64,000 nucleotides of DNA from an uncultured Gammaproteobacteria bacterium (GTDB lineage: Bacteria > Patescibacteriota > Microgenomatia > Levybacterales > GWA1-39-11). The stretch is taken from the NCBI GenBank assembly GCA_964472415.1, contig CAYYLC010000002.1, positions 164,783 to 228,782 of the forward strand, written 5' to 3'. Under the pieces are notes generated by a model, which saw nothing but the letters and a program-made list of their open reading frames with translations, was not told the origin of the DNA and did not search any database. The position numbers and the translations under genes were made by a program. Positions 48,904 to 59,012 of this stretch are shown one piece after another. Each line of letters opens with the position of its first letter. The stretch's first letter is position 1.

Positions 48904-49934
48904 TGTATCAACCTACGTTTCAAATAACAAATAAAACTCTCCAGAATATCGGTGATATTGAGGCTGCACGTCAAGTAATAGAGAATGCGCCACTCCTTCC
49001 GTATTGGGAAAAGAAATTTCAAGAAGAAGCAGTGATTCGTACGACACACTATGGTACACATATTGAGGGCAATGAGCTATCTCTTAAACAAGTCCAAAAA
49101 GTGTTAGAGGGACAACGGATTGTAGCCCGAGAACGAGATGTGCAGGAGGTTATCAATTATCGCAATGTCATAAATTACATGGATGACAAGAAAAATGCTT
49201 CAATCGATGAAGATACTATTTTTGAACTCCATGCCATCGTCGTTCAGAATATACTTGCGCCGGAAGATAGTGGAAAGTATCGCGAAAAAAATGTAGTCAT
49301 TAGAAATAGTATTAGTGGGGATGTGTCTTTTCGGCCTCCCCATTCTATTGAGGTCGAGTGGCAGATGAGAGATTTGATGTATTTTATTCAGCAGGAGAAG
49401 GAGATTCATCCAGTATTAAAGACTGGGATTGTGCATTATGAATTTGTTCGTATTCACCCATTTCTTGATGGAAATGGAAGAGTGGGTCGTGCACTCTCTA
49501 TGATGGTTTTATTTAAAGATGGTTATGATGTGCGGCGTTTTTTTTCGCTCGAAGAACATTTCGATAGAGATCCTGATGCGTATTATGCAGCACTGCAGAG
49601 TGTCGAGAAAAATAATGGGGACGTGACTGAATGGCTTGAATATTTCACCCATTGTCTGGCAATCGAGCTTACGAAAATTCGAGAAAAAATCGAACACATT
49701 TCAATTGATACAACACTCAAGAAAAAACTTGGTGGTCCTGTGATGTTGAGTGATCGGCAGATAAAAATAATTGAATATATGCAAGAGATTGGATATATAG
49801 AGAATAAAGTGTTTGCAAATTTATTTCCTGAAGTTTCCGAAGATACTGTACTCCGTGAAGTGCAGGATCTTGTGAAAAAGGGTATAATCGTGAAGAAAGG
49901 GCGCACGAAAGGCGTAAAGTATTTAATGGCATAA
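48903..49934 (+). CDS. Fic-domain protein with C-terminal winged HTH
   Basis: HPFLDGNGRVGR; N-terminal GTHIEGN inhibitory-like motif; VSEDTVLREVQDLVKKGII..KG..KG..Y. Confidence 0.92.
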   Translation: MYQPTFQITNKTLQNIGDIEAARQVIENAPLLPYWEKKFQEEAVIRTTHYGTHIEGNELSLKQVQKVLEGQRIVARERDVQEVINYRNVINYMDDKKNASIDEDTIFELHAIVVQNILAPEDSGKYREKNVVIRNSISGDVSFRPPHSIEVEWQMRDLMYFIQQEKEIHPVLKTGIVHYEFVRIHPFLDGNGRVGRALSMMVLFKDGYDVRRFFSLEEHFDRDPDAYYAALQSVEKNNGDVTEWLEYFTHCLAIELTKIREKIEHISIDTTLKKKLGGPVMLSDRQIKIIEYMQEIGYIENKVFANLFPEVSEDTVLREVQDLVKKGIIVKKGRTKGVKYLMA

Positions 49935-49937
49935 GTT

Positions 49938-50477
49938 ATGGAGAATTCAGCAGGGTTTGATGAAAGCAAAGAACGCAATGAGCAGGAGTTTACGAATTTA
50001 GATTTAACACCCCTTGAGCATATTCTTATCGGGAGCTCTACATATGTAAATGGAAAGAGCTTTAATTTTGAAACGTTTGCACAGCAATTTATGGAGGGAA
50101 GTTTACCAGAAGATATTTATAAGCCTTTAAGTATGCAGAAGGATTCAATTGAAGCGATTGAGAAGAAGAGGAATCAAAAAGGAGAGCTTGAGGGAATGTT
50201 TGGGTTTCTCAATTACGAAGACGAAATATTGTCTCAATATGTGCCGTATATGAAAATTGATAATTTAATTGATAGATCAGATGGCATAATTGATGCTGGA
50301 TGGGTTATGGGGCTTAAGGAGAATGGAAAGGAAATAAAAGATGCTGGAGTACTTTCTCATCTCGCGATCAATCCTGAATTTGAGAAATTCTTTCATCTGG
50401 AACCGATTGAGCATACTCATGAGAAGATGTTGACACTTAAGCAAGGTCCAAAATCAGAACCACCTTCTACCGAATGA
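49938..50477 (+). CDS. Hypothetical acidic protein
   Basis: 179-aa ORF tightly packed between fic and lig (3-nt gap, 4-nt overlap). Confidence 0.6.
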   Translation: MENSAGFDESKERNEQEFTNLDLTPLEHILIGSSTYVNGKSFNFETFAQQFMEGSLPEDIYKPLSMQKDSIEAIEKKRNQKGELEGMFGFLNYEDEILSQYVPYMKIDNLIDRSDGIIDAGWVMGLKENGKEIKDAGVLSHLAINPEFEKFFHLEPIEHTHEKMLTLKQGPKSEPPSTE

Positions 50478-52231
50478 AATTTTCCGATATTGCATCTGAC
50501 TTGAAAAAGCTGGAAGAAACTTCTTCTCGGAATGCCATGATTGAAATTCTTGCAGAGGTTTTCCGAAAGGTTCCAGCAGATGATATCGACGCACTTGTAT
50601 ATTTGATGCAGGGAAGAGTAGCGCCCCTTTATGAGGCAGTGGAATTTAATTTTGCGGAAAAATCCATGATAAAAGCAATTGCGCACGCGTTTGGGGAAGA
50701 TGAGGGAGTATTAAAAAAAGAATTTAAAAAAATTGGAGATCTTGGAAAGCTTGCAGAAAGTTTATCAGACAGAAAATCTTCATCAGTTACCATAAAGGAA
50801 GTTTTTACTGAGCTTACGCGTGTTGCAGATACCGGAGGAGTTGGAAGCGTAGACAAGAAGCTCAATATCCTATCAGATCTTTTTTCATCTGTTGATAGTT
50901 TGTCTGCGCGATTTATTGCGCGGATTCCTGTTGGAAAATTGCGTTTGGGATTCTCTGATATGACAGTTATTGATAGTTTTTCCTGGATGCTTGTAGGAGA
51001 CAAGAGTATTAAGAAGGCAATTGAATCGAAATATAATATTAGACCGGATTTAGGATACATTGCAAAAATTTTAAAAAAGGATGGGATCACAGGAATCGAA
51101 AAAATATATCCCACGGTTTTTACTCCAATTCTTATGGCTCGTGCAGAGCGTCTTTCAAGCGGAGAGGAGATCATTGATAAAATTGGAGAATGTGCGATTG
51201 AGCCAAAATTTGACGGATTTAGACTTCAGGCACATTTTGACGGAGAGAGGGTGAAGCTTGTGACCAGAAACTTAGAAGATAGTACGTTTATGTACCCGGA
51301 CATTGTTGATGGAATAAAGGCTCAAATTGATGCAAAGCAAGTGATATTTGAGGGGGAAGCGATTGCATATAATCCTGAAACTGACGAGTATTTGCCATTC
51401 CAGTTAACGACACAACGAAAGAGAAAGTATGGAATAGAAGAGATGGCAAAGAAAATTCCATTGAAGTTGATTAGTTTTGATTTATTATATTTAAACGGAA
51501 AGGTATTACTTGACGAGCCATATGAAAAACGCCGAGAATTACTTTCAAAAATTATAAGAAGTGGAAATACTGTGCTTCTTTCTGAAGAAGTGATTGTGAA
51601 GACTCCCAAAGAGATTGAGCTAAAGTTTGATGAAGCGATTTCTGAAGGACTTGAAGGGATTCTTGCAAAACGGCTCGATGGAAAATATACCGCAGGTGCA
51701 AGAGGATGGAATTGGATTAAGTTTAAGCGATCATATGATGCGCGGCTTGATGACACGGTTGATTGTGTCGTGATGGGTTATTATTATGGAAAAGGAAAGC
51801 GAGCAAGTTTTGGGATTGGGGCGTTTCTCATAGGGATTTATGATGAAGAGCAAGATAAGTTCTCAACTATCGCAAAAATAGGCACTGGGCTTACTGATGA
51901 TGAATGGCGAGAGCTTGCGAAGCGATGTGATGTGTTGAAGGCTCATGAAAAACCGCCTTCGTATGAAGCAGATAAGAATATGGAGCCTGATGTATGGGTA
52001 GAGCCAGAAATAGTTGTTGAGATAAAAGCAGATGAGATAACGCGTTCGCCAATTCATACAGCAGGGCGAGTTATGAAGGTGAGCAAATCCGGGGCTGCAT
52101 TTGATGTAGATGTCCCAGGGTATGCACTGAGATTTCCTCGATTAGAAAGATTTCGAGATGACAAAAAAAATAGCGATGCGACAACGCTCTCTGAAATAGA
52201 GAAGATGTTTGGATTGCAAGGGAAACAGTAG
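50474..52231 (+). CDS. lig: ATP-dependent DNA ligase
   Basis: N-terminal DNA-binding domain; EPKFDG, EGE, FDLLY, EGILAK, WIKFK, LRFPR. Confidence 0.96.
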   Translation: MKFSDIASDLKKLEETSSRNAMIEILAEVFRKVPADDIDALVYLMQGRVAPLYEAVEFNFAEKSMIKAIAHAFGEDEGVLKKEFKKIGDLGKLAESLSDRKSSSVTIKEVFTELTRVADTGGVGSVDKKLNILSDLFSSVDSLSARFIARIPVGKLRLGFSDMTVIDSFSWMLVGDKSIKKAIESKYNIRPDLGYIAKILKKDGITGIEKIYPTVFTPILMARAERLSSGEEIIDKIGECAIEPKFDGFRLQAHFDGERVKLVTRNLEDSTFMYPDIVDGIKAQIDAKQVIFEGEAIAYNPETDEYLPFQLTTQRKRKYGIEEMAKKIPLKLISFDLLYLNGKVLLDEPYEKRRELLSKIIRSGNTVLLSEEVIVKTPKEIELKFDEAISEGLEGILAKRLDGKYTAGARGWNWIKFKRSYDARLDDTVDCVVMGYYYGKGKRASFGIGAFLIGIYDEEQDKFSTIAKIGTGLTDDEWRELAKRCDVLKAHEKPPSYEADKNMEPDVWVEPEIVVEIKADEITRSPIHTAGRVMKVSKSGAAFDVDVPGYALRFPRLERFRDDKKNSDATTLSEIEKMFGLQGKQ

Positions 52232-52237
52232 TATTTT

Positions 52238-53902
52238 TTACCAACTTCCCCCACCGCCTCCACCTCCTCCTCCACCCGAAAATCCGCCAGAAAACCCTGA
52301 TGATGACGATGAGGGTGGTGTGGAAGATGAGTGAAAGTTTTTCTGGGATTGTGAAAGTGTGGATGCAAAGTGAGCTACATGAAAGGTGGATGAGGTGGTG
52401 CTCATATACCAGTTTGGGGATTGTAGGTCAAACTTTTGGAAGCGGTTTGTCCAATTCTTCTCGACTCCGAATGACACGGCGAATGGCAGGAGTCTTTCAA
52501 AAAATAGTTGCTTATCTCCCTGGAAGTTAAGTTGTCTTTCTTGTGAATTTAGGAAATTTTTCATACCCTGGGCAATTTGCGCGCTCTGTGCGCCAAATAA
52601 TGTTTTTCTCGGCATATTTTTCCCAAATAAAAAAGCGACAAGGGCAAGCATGAAATTAAAAGTAGCAATAGAAATTGCTCCAAGAATATAGTATTTATCT
52701 CGAATACTTTTTGGGTTTTTTGCGAAATATCCCTCTGCTACTAGGCTTTCATAAATCATTTTTTCCACCTTTTGTACTGTTTTATACAATTTTACGTCTG
52801 TTAGCTTTACTGTTTGTTTTTTGTTAAATATTCCATCCAAAAGCGTTTTTTCAAATGGAAGTAATGTGTCTTTTGCTGGAGGATTATTTGTATAGTTGAG
52901 TGAAAATTGTTTTTTTTCATGCTCCTTGATTTTTATATATCCGCGTTGTGCAAGATCAATAAGCGTTGCAAATATATCACGGGTATCAACATGCTCATCG
53001 AGAAGTGAGCCAGTTTCTGCAGGAGAAAGTATACGACGAGTTTTGGTTTTTGGAGGATTATAAAGCGCAGTTACTTCACTTCCGACATTTGGATCACGGC
53101 CATATCGAAAGAAGCGGATGATAAGGAGGATAGGAAGAATGAGATACCAGAATATACTCCCAATAATAATCCCTTCAATCACTACTTTCCCAGTTGATTG
53201 TTCCCAGAATGAAACGTGTTTTTGTGCCGGAAGAAAACTAATTATATCTTTTGGGAATGTAATAACAGTTGTTAAGCCTTCTCGTTCTTTGAGCGGTTGG
53301 GTAGTATAGAAATGAATAGTATTGTCTTGAGAGTATGCATTACATTGAGAATCTGTGCTTTCTTGTGTTCCGGTAAAGCATTTCGTCTCAATGCTTCCAG
53401 GTGAAAGTACATCAGGGAGAATTATGGCAGCACTTGCTGTTGTGATGGGAGTCTCCCAGAAGTTTCCCGTGATATTCCAGTAGAGCTCGTCATAATTATC
53501 AAAATACCCTAGAGCGCCGCTTATTGTGTAGGAAATATTGTAAATGTTGCTTCCTGAAATCGTTTTGTTCGGATCGCCAATTTTTAGAATAATCCGCTCA
53601 TCTTTTGTCTCTCTCTCAAATTTATACGGTTTGCCTTGTTCGTTTGTTACGGTAAAATCTGTAAGTGTAGTATCATAGCGCGTGTTATTATCATCATACT
53701 TTGTGTAAGGGATTATGCGATAAATTCCGTGACTTTTATTTTTTGAAAAATCATACAGAATTTTCTCAGTAATCTGTATGGTTCCGTCAGTATTGAGCAG
53801 TATTTCTTCGTGAAACGAGTGAATGGTTTCTGAATTTTGCGCAAAGAGAGGCCGTGAAAAGAAAAAAAACAAAAAGAGTATAGAGAGTATGCCTTTTACC
53901 AT
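52238..53902 (-). CDS. DUF2207 domain membrane protein
   Basis: Signal peptide; HGIYRIIP, DELYWNITG, TLIDLAQRGY; C-terminal GGFSGGGGGGGGGGSW. Confidence 0.88.
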   Translation of the reverse strand: MVKGILSILFLFFFFSRPLFAQNSETIHSFHEEILLNTDGTIQITEKILYDFSKNKSHGIYRIIPYTKYDDNNTRYDTTLTDFTVTNEQGKPYKFERETKDERIILKIGDPNKTISGSNIYNISYTISGALGYFDNYDELYWNITGNFWETPITTASAAIILPDVLSPGSIETKCFTGTQESTDSQCNAYSQDNTIHFYTTQPLKEREGLTTVITFPKDIISFLPAQKHVSFWEQSTGKVVIEGIIIGSIFWYLILPILLIIRFFRYGRDPNVGSEVTALYNPPKTKTRRILSPAETGSLLDEHVDTRDIFATLIDLAQRGYIKIKEHEKKQFSLNYTNNPPAKDTLLPFEKTLLDGIFNKKQTVKLTDVKLYKTVQKVEKMIYESLVAEGYFAKNPKSIRDKYYILGAISIATFNFMLALVAFLFGKNMPRKTLFGAQSAQIAQGMKNFLNSQERQLNFQGDKQLFFERLLPFAVSFGVEKNWTNRFQKFDLQSPNWYMSTTSSTFHVAHFASTLSQSQKNFHSSSTPPSSSSSGFSGGFSGGGGGGGGGGSW

Positions 53903-54462
53903 AAGAAAAGTCCTAGATATGCAATTCCGATGTTTCTTAGTGTTCGTCCGATAAAAGTGAGGAGTATGAAGCGTTTTAATGGATATTCAGAGATTCCTGC
54001 AAGAATTCCCAATCCATCAAAGAATGGATTCGGGATGCATGCAAAAACGGGAATAAGTATCCCACCGCGCCATTGCACAATAATTTGAGAGAATTTAAAT
54101 AGCTTTTTATGTTTTCTGAGATCGAGTATTTCGGTTGAAGAATAGCCGAAGATATATGCAACTCCTTCACCAAGCGAGGACGAGAGTCCTGCAACTATTG
54201 CTACGAGAAGTGGGTTAAAAGATGCGCCAGCAAGAGCGACGGACACGATTGCAGGTGCTGGGAGAAAGAGGGTTGCACTTCCTAGGAAATTTATGAGAAA
54301 TAGCCCGATCATTCCAAATGCGAGAAATGACTCTATATCAATCCGAAAAAAAAGTGGTAAGAGGAAGAGTGAGGTAGAAACCAAAAAAATTGTAATCAGA
54401 AATATTTTACTGAGAGACGTTTTTGCCGAGAGTAGATTTGATAGTTTATTTTTTTTCAGCAT
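53896..54462 (-). CDS. VTT/DedA (SNARE-associated) family membrane protein
   Basis: ATLFLPAP, LGEGVAYIFG, IPNPFFDGLGILAG, GRTLR. Confidence 0.85.
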   Translation of the reverse strand: MLKKNKLSNLLSAKTSLSKIFLITIFLVSTSLFLLPLFFRIDIESFLAFGMIGLFLINFLGSATLFLPAPAIVSVALAGASFNPLLVAIVAGLSSSLGEGVAYIFGYSSTEILDLRKHKKLFKFSQIIVQWRGGILIPVFACIPNPFFDGLGILAGISEYPLKRFILLTFIGRTLRNIGIAYLGLFLW

Positions 54463-54721
54463 CCTTTTGTTTGTCTTTAAGTTGCTTTAATTTCCACATA
54501 AAAAGTGCGCCTGGCCTATCAACTCGGGCGTCTTTTACATACGAAAGCGCTTTTTCGAGGAGAGCACGATTTGTGGTTTTTGCAAGTTTTATATAGAGTG
54601 CTTTGTGTTTATAGTCGTTGAGTTCATCGGCAAGGTATACACCAAATTTTTGGAATTCCCGCGAGATATATTTGTCTTTTGCAGGATTAAAGTCTTTGAG
54701 GATAGATGAGAGTTGCTTCAT
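54446..54721 (-). CDS. Conserved hypothetical protein
   Basis: MKQLSS...ISREFQKFGVYLADELND..HKALYIKLAK...LFMWKL; TATAAT 6 nt before ATG 54721. Confidence 0.7.
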   Translation of the reverse strand: MKQLSSILKDFNPAKDKYISREFQKFGVYLADELNDYKHKALYIKLAKTTNRALLEKALSYVKDARVDRPGALFMWKLKQLKDKQKDAEKK

Positions 54722-54805
54722 GAAGTTATTATACATGAGAATGCTAATTGGGATTGAAGACGGTGGGGGAGTTATGCTACGATGAGTCCATCTTGTCCTC
54801 ATGCT

Positions 54806-55468
54806 ATGCGTTATCCGGTAAACTTTTCAGTTTCGTTTAAAAAACACAAAACACCCGGTATCCTTATTGCGATTGAGGGGATGGACGGTTCAGGTAAAAC
54901 CACACAGGCTGAGCGAGTTGTAGAAGAGTTAAAGAAGAAAAAGGTAAAAGCAATCTATACCAAAGAGCCGACTGACGAGCCAACTGGAAGACTTATTCGT
55001 GAAATTTTATCCGGAAAACTAACAGTTCCACCGTTATCTCTCCAGTATTTATTTTGTGCAGATCGGGGAGTGCATCAGGGAGAGCTTGAGAAGTATTTAG
55101 AAAAAGGGTATGTAATTGTGACAGACAGATATTTCTGGTCAGCGGTGGCGTATGGGATTTCCGACATGGAAGGAAGGCCCGACTACTATATGGCAGCATT
55201 TTCAATTCTTTCTATGTATAATCAATTTTTGTCTCCAGATTATACGTTCTATTTAGATCTTCCGGTCGAAACAGCGTATAAGCGGATTAGGAAAAGTAGT
55301 AAGCATGGGGAAATTTATGACAAAAAGGAAAAACTTATTACTATTCAGAAAGGATATAATGTGTTAGTTAAAAAATACCCGACAGAATTTACTGTAGTGG
55401 ATGGAAACAGGGGGGTTAACGAAATTTTAGAAGATTTGTTGCAAAAGATTCAGAAAAAGATCAAATGA
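54806..55468 (+). CDS. tmk: Thymidylate kinase (alternative start 54782)
   Basis: IEGMDGSGKTT, KEPT, DRYFWS. Confidence 0.93.
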   Translation: MRYPVNFSVSFKKHKTPGILIAIEGMDGSGKTTQAERVVEELKKKKVKAIYTKEPTDEPTGRLIREILSGKLTVPPLSLQYLFCADRGVHQGELEKYLEKGYVIVTDRYFWSAVAYGISDMEGRPDYYMAAFSILSMYNQFLSPDYTFYLDLPVETAYKRIRKSSKHGEIYDKKEKLITIQKGYNVLVKKYPTEFTVVDGNRGVNEILEDLLQKIQKKIK

Positions 55469-55899
55469 AAATAGCAATAAAAAGGATTGATAAGACTTTA
55501 GCGTTGCCAGAATACAAAACAAATGGTGCAGTGGGATTTGATTTGTCTGCACGAATTACGACAGAGATTCCATCGGGTGAAATGAGACTGATTCCACTGA
55601 ATATCGTAGTAAAAGTTCCAAAAGGGTATGGATTCTTCCTGTTTTCGCGGAGCAGTACGCCTTTGAAGAAAGGACTAATTGTGGCAAATTCTGTTGGGGT
55701 AGTTGATCAGGATTATTCTGGTGAAGATGATGAGATTAAGCTTTGTGTTCTCAATATTACAAAAGAAACAGTAGGAGTTGAAAAAGGAGAGCGAATCGCA
55801 CAAGGAGTTATCATGAAAGTAGAGCGACCGGATTTCGTGGAGGTAGATAAAATGAGCGATAAATCCCGTGGAGGGTTTGGTTCAACTGGACAAAAATGA
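55465..55899 (+). CDS. dut: dUTP diphosphatase
   Basis: [33 protein letters not shown]. Confidence 0.96.
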   Translation: MKIAIKRIDKTLALPEYKTNGAVGFDLSARITTEIPSGEMRLIPLNIVVKVPKGYGFFLFSRSSTPLKKGLIVANSVGVVDQDYSGEDDEIKLCVLNITKETVGVEKGERIAQGVIMKVERPDFVEVDKMSDKSRGGFGSTGQK

Positions 55900-56816
55900 G
55901 CACGATAGTTACTTCTGAAAAACAATATCTAGATTTACTCAGCGATGTATTAAGCAACGGAGTAAAGAAAGAGGATAGGACTGGGACCGGGACTATAAGC
56001 ACGTTTGGAAGGCAAATCAGATTTGATCTAGAAAAAGGATTTCCGCTTCTCACTACGAAAAAAATGTTTATGCGCGGAATTATCCATGAGTTGTTATGGT
56101 TTCTTATGGGTGCATCAAATATTAAATATCTCGTTGATCATGAGGTGAATATCTGGAATGATTGGCCATATAGATATTACAAAGAGCACATGGAAAAATC
56201 TCAGAAAGAATTTTTATCTATGAAAGAGTTTATTGCAAGGATTAAGTCAGATGATGTGTTCGCAAAACAATGGGGAGAATTAGGGCCAGTATATGGCGTG
56301 CAGTGGAGGAGATGGAAAACTGTTGATGGGAAAGAGATCGATCAGATACAAAATGTTGTTGATCAGATTAAAAAAAATCCGTATTCGAGAAGGCTAATCG
56401 TAACTGCGTGGAACCCAGCAGAAATTGAGGAGATGGCGAAATCAGGCCTTCCGCCATGCCATTCGCTATTCCAGTTTTATGTTGTGAATGGAAAGTTATC
56501 CTGCCAATTATATCAAAGGAGCGCTGATACATTTTTAGGGGTGCCATTTAATATCGCTTCATATTCACTCCTCACGATGATGATTGCGCAGGTGTGTGGA
56601 TTAAAACCGGGAGAATTTGTCCATACATTTGGTGATGTGCATATCTATTTGAATCACATTGATCAGGTGAAAGAGCAATTGAGTAGAGACATGAAGTTAT
56701 TACCAACACTAAAAATAAATCAAAAAGTAAAAGATATTTTCAGTTTTAAATTTGAAGATTTTGCGCTTGAAAACTACGATTCCCATCCAGCAATAAAAGC
56801 ACCGATTGCTGTATAA
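55896..56816 (+). CDS. thyA: Thymidylate synthase
   Basis: [39 protein letters not shown]. Confidence 0.98.
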   Translation: MSTIVTSEKQYLDLLSDVLSNGVKKEDRTGTGTISTFGRQIRFDLEKGFPLLTTKKMFMRGIIHELLWFLMGASNIKYLVDHEVNIWNDWPYRYYKEHMEKSQKEFLSMKEFIARIKSDDVFAKQWGELGPVYGVQWRRWKTVDGKEIDQIQNVVDQIKKNPYSRRLIVTAWNPAEIEEMAKSGLPPCHSLFQFYVVNGKLSCQLYQRSADTFLGVPFNIASYSLLTMMIAQVCGLKPGEFVHTFGDVHIYLNHIDQVKEQLSRDMKLLPTLKINQKVKDIFSFKFEDFALENYDSHPAIKAPIAV

Positions 56817-56824
56817 CAGAGCAT

Positions 56825-57313
56825 ATGAATCCAATAATATCACTCATTGCCGCAATCGGCGTAAATCGCGAGCTAGGCCGCAATAATAAGCTCCTTTTTG
56901 ATATTCCTGAAGATATGGTGCATTTCAAAGAAAAAACCTTAGGGCACGCAATTATTATGGGAAGAAAGACGTTTGAGAGTATTGGCCGTGCGCTTCCGAG
57001 GAGATTTAATATTGTGATTACGAGAGATAAAGGGTTTGCACATCACGGGGTGGAAACCGCTCCATCGGTGAAAGAGGCATTAAGAAAAGCGCAAAAACAT
57101 GAACAAGAAGAGATTTTCGTAATTGGTGGAGCACAAATTTATAGTGCCTTTTTATCGTATGCAGATAAACTATATTTAACTATTGTGGATGCAGAAGTAG
57201 CCGATGCAGATGCATTTTTCCCTGAATATGAAGATAAGTTTAAAAAAATACTTTCCTCAAAAGGTGGAGAAAGTGAGGGGTATAACTATACGTTTGTGGA
57301 GCTAGAACGCTAA
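56825..57313 (+). CDS. folA: Dihydrofolate reductase
   Basis: IPEDMVHFK, IMGRKTFESI, LPRR, IGGAQIY, DAFFP. Confidence 0.96.
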   Translation: MNPIISLIAAIGVNRELGRNNKLLFDIPEDMVHFKEKTLGHAIIMGRKTFESIGRALPRRFNIVITRDKGFAHHGVETAPSVKEALRKAQKHEQEEIFVIGGAQIYSAFLSYADKLYLTIVDAEVADADAFFPEYEDKFKKILSSKGGESEGYNYTFVELER

Positions 57314-57669
57314 GCAATTTTCCTTTCCATGTCAGGAAAGCGAGTAAGGATTTCTTCAGCAAGCAGCCGCCGGTGACATTTTTCCGGGGTCTTCTCCCAG
57401 CAGAGTAATGTAACTGTTGTTTTATTCGATAAATCAGCGATCATGGTAAGTATTGCGTCTTGCTTGGGGAATAGTTCTTTGTGGAGTAGGTTTTCAAATT
57501 CTTCCCAGGAGACGGTATTTGCGTGGTAGCTCTCAAGGAGTTGCGTTGAGGGGGAGAGGAGTGGGATCCAGATATCAAACACAAATTCAGGTTTTATTCT
57601 TCGCATGGTGCAAATACGAATACCATCAGTTTGAAAAGCGCGTTTTTGTATTGATTTTGTTTTTAGCAT
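57310..57669 (-). CDS. DUF488 (YeaO-like) family protein
   Basis: DGIRICTMR, DIWIPLLSPS, TLLCWEKTPEKCHRRLL. Confidence 0.85.
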   Translation of the reverse strand: MLKTKSIQKRAFQTDGIRICTMRRIKPEFVFDIWIPLLSPSTQLLESYHANTVSWEEFENLLHKELFPKQDAILTMIADLSNKTTVTLLCWEKTPEKCHRRLLAEEILTRFPDMERKIA

Positions 57670-57670
57670 G

Positions 57671-59008
57671 TTACTCTATGATACCAAGTCTGCGTTTGAT
57701 GAGTGCACCATCGATGCCGATGAGTGCCGTATGAAGTGCCTTATCAATAGCTTGCTCTTTTTTTTGTAGCGATTCTATGGGGTGTCCATTGATTCCCGCG
57801 ACATAATTTCTTTCCAGAAAAATGGGGAGACAGAATCCGCTACTCATATCAAATATATCAGCATCTAGTCTATCGAGTGCTTCTTCGCGGTAACGCCGAA
57901 CACCTTCTTTCGTAGATAGTTCCATTAATCCTTCTTGAGTAAGCCAAATTGATGCGTCATTTGTACTTACAAGGGTATTTTCTGGGTCTTTTGGATCCAG
58001 TATGTAGGTTGCTGATCTGACAATATACGGCGCTGGTTTTTCTGTTTCTTCGCTGGTGATTAAAAGCTCGGTAAAATTATCTGAAATCTCAAGCAGTTTA
58101 TCTTCGGTAGTGGCTCCGTGGGGCTTCCCTCTGTTGAGAAAATCGTAGCGAAATGAATTTCGATTTCCATTTATGATAACGAGGTCAGTCCGAATATCGC
58201 CTGCTACGATAAGTGGAGAGAATTTGCCAATACCTTTTATTTGACGCGCTGTTGATTGTGCTTTTGATTCTGCTGCTTCCATTATATCGGAAGTTGATTC
58301 ATTTTCTTGAGCCTTTGAGAATGCGATGAATTCACTTTTTGTATTATCTGCTGCGATTTTGTGAATATATTCAGCCTTTCTCGTATTTCCTCCTGTGTAC
58401 ACAATATGTGTAGGAGTGGAAAAGAGCTCAATTTCTTGTGGCGTGATTTGTTTTTGGGCAGCAAAAACGAGCGCGCGGGTTTTCCCGCGTTTTGTCATGT
58501 CATTAAATGTAGTTGTTCCTTCCCACCCATTCGCTTCAAAAAATGGTCTGGAGCCTCCACTTGCGTGAGTTGTGATATGGCTCACGTTAAGATCTCTCGC
58601 ACGATTATCCAAAATTTGAAAAAGTTTTGAGCCGATCCCATTTCCTTGGGCGCTTGGGTCTACGTGTAGTCTTCGTAAATCAAGGTCGCCATACGCATTC
58701 CGACGAATTACTTGGTTATGTCTCGTAAGCAAGAATCCGACAATTTCATTTTGTACATTTTCTGCGACATATGCCTCAGTTCCTTCAGTTCCTATAGCAT
58801 GCTTAATATCTGCCTGACTATTTGCAGCGATGTATGCTTGTATGACATCTTTTGGAAATAGAGAAAATGAAGGACCTTCAAAATTCTTCCGCGCGAGATG
58901 AGAGATGTTTTCATAATCATGTTCGTCAACTCTTCGAATATCTATCTCTCCTTTCTGCAGAGCTTCAGGTGACGGTGTGTGATTATAAGGATATGATTCT
59001 GGTGACAT
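57671..59008 (-). CDS. GNAT acetyltransferase fused to a Maf/Ham1(ITPase)-like domain
   Basis: GNAT: LRRLHVDPSAQGNGIGSKL...RPFFEANGW. C-domain: IVYTGGNTRK, EAAESKA, LIVAGD, RGKP, DMSSGF. Start at MSPES (59008). Confidence 0.7.
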   Translation of the reverse strand: MSPESYPYNHTPSPEALQKGEIDIRRVDEHDYENISHLARKNFEGPSFSLFPKDVIQAYIAANSQADIKHAIGTEGTEAYVAENVQNEIVGFLLTRHNQVIRRNAYGDLDLRRLHVDPSAQGNGIGSKLFQILDNRARDLNVSHITTHASGGSRPFFEANGWEGTTTFNDMTKRGKTRALVFAAQKQITPQEIELFSTPTHIVYTGGNTRKAEYIHKIAADNTKSEFIAFSKAQENESTSDIMEAAESKAQSTARQIKGIGKFSPLIVAGDIRTDLVIINGNRNSFRYDFLNRGKPHGATTEDKLLEISDNFTELLITSEETEKPAPYIVRSATYILDPKDPENTLVSTNDASIWLTQEGLMELSTKEGVRRYREEALDRLDADIFDMSSGFCLPIFLERNYVAGINGHPIESLQKKEQAIDKALHTALIGIDGALIKRRLGIIE

Positions 59009-59012
59009 AGTA

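Noticed and set aside
52238-52330. Low-complexity CCA/CCT/CCG-rich tract
   Set aside because: It encodes the normal Gly/Ser-rich C-terminus of the DUF2207 protein on the minus strand.
54722-54805. G-rich, partly self-complementary spacer upstream of tmk-dut-thyA-folA as a THF/ZTP-type riboswitch
   Set aside because: It does not match the consensus motifs I know; it is short and explained by divergent promoters, with no expression platform.
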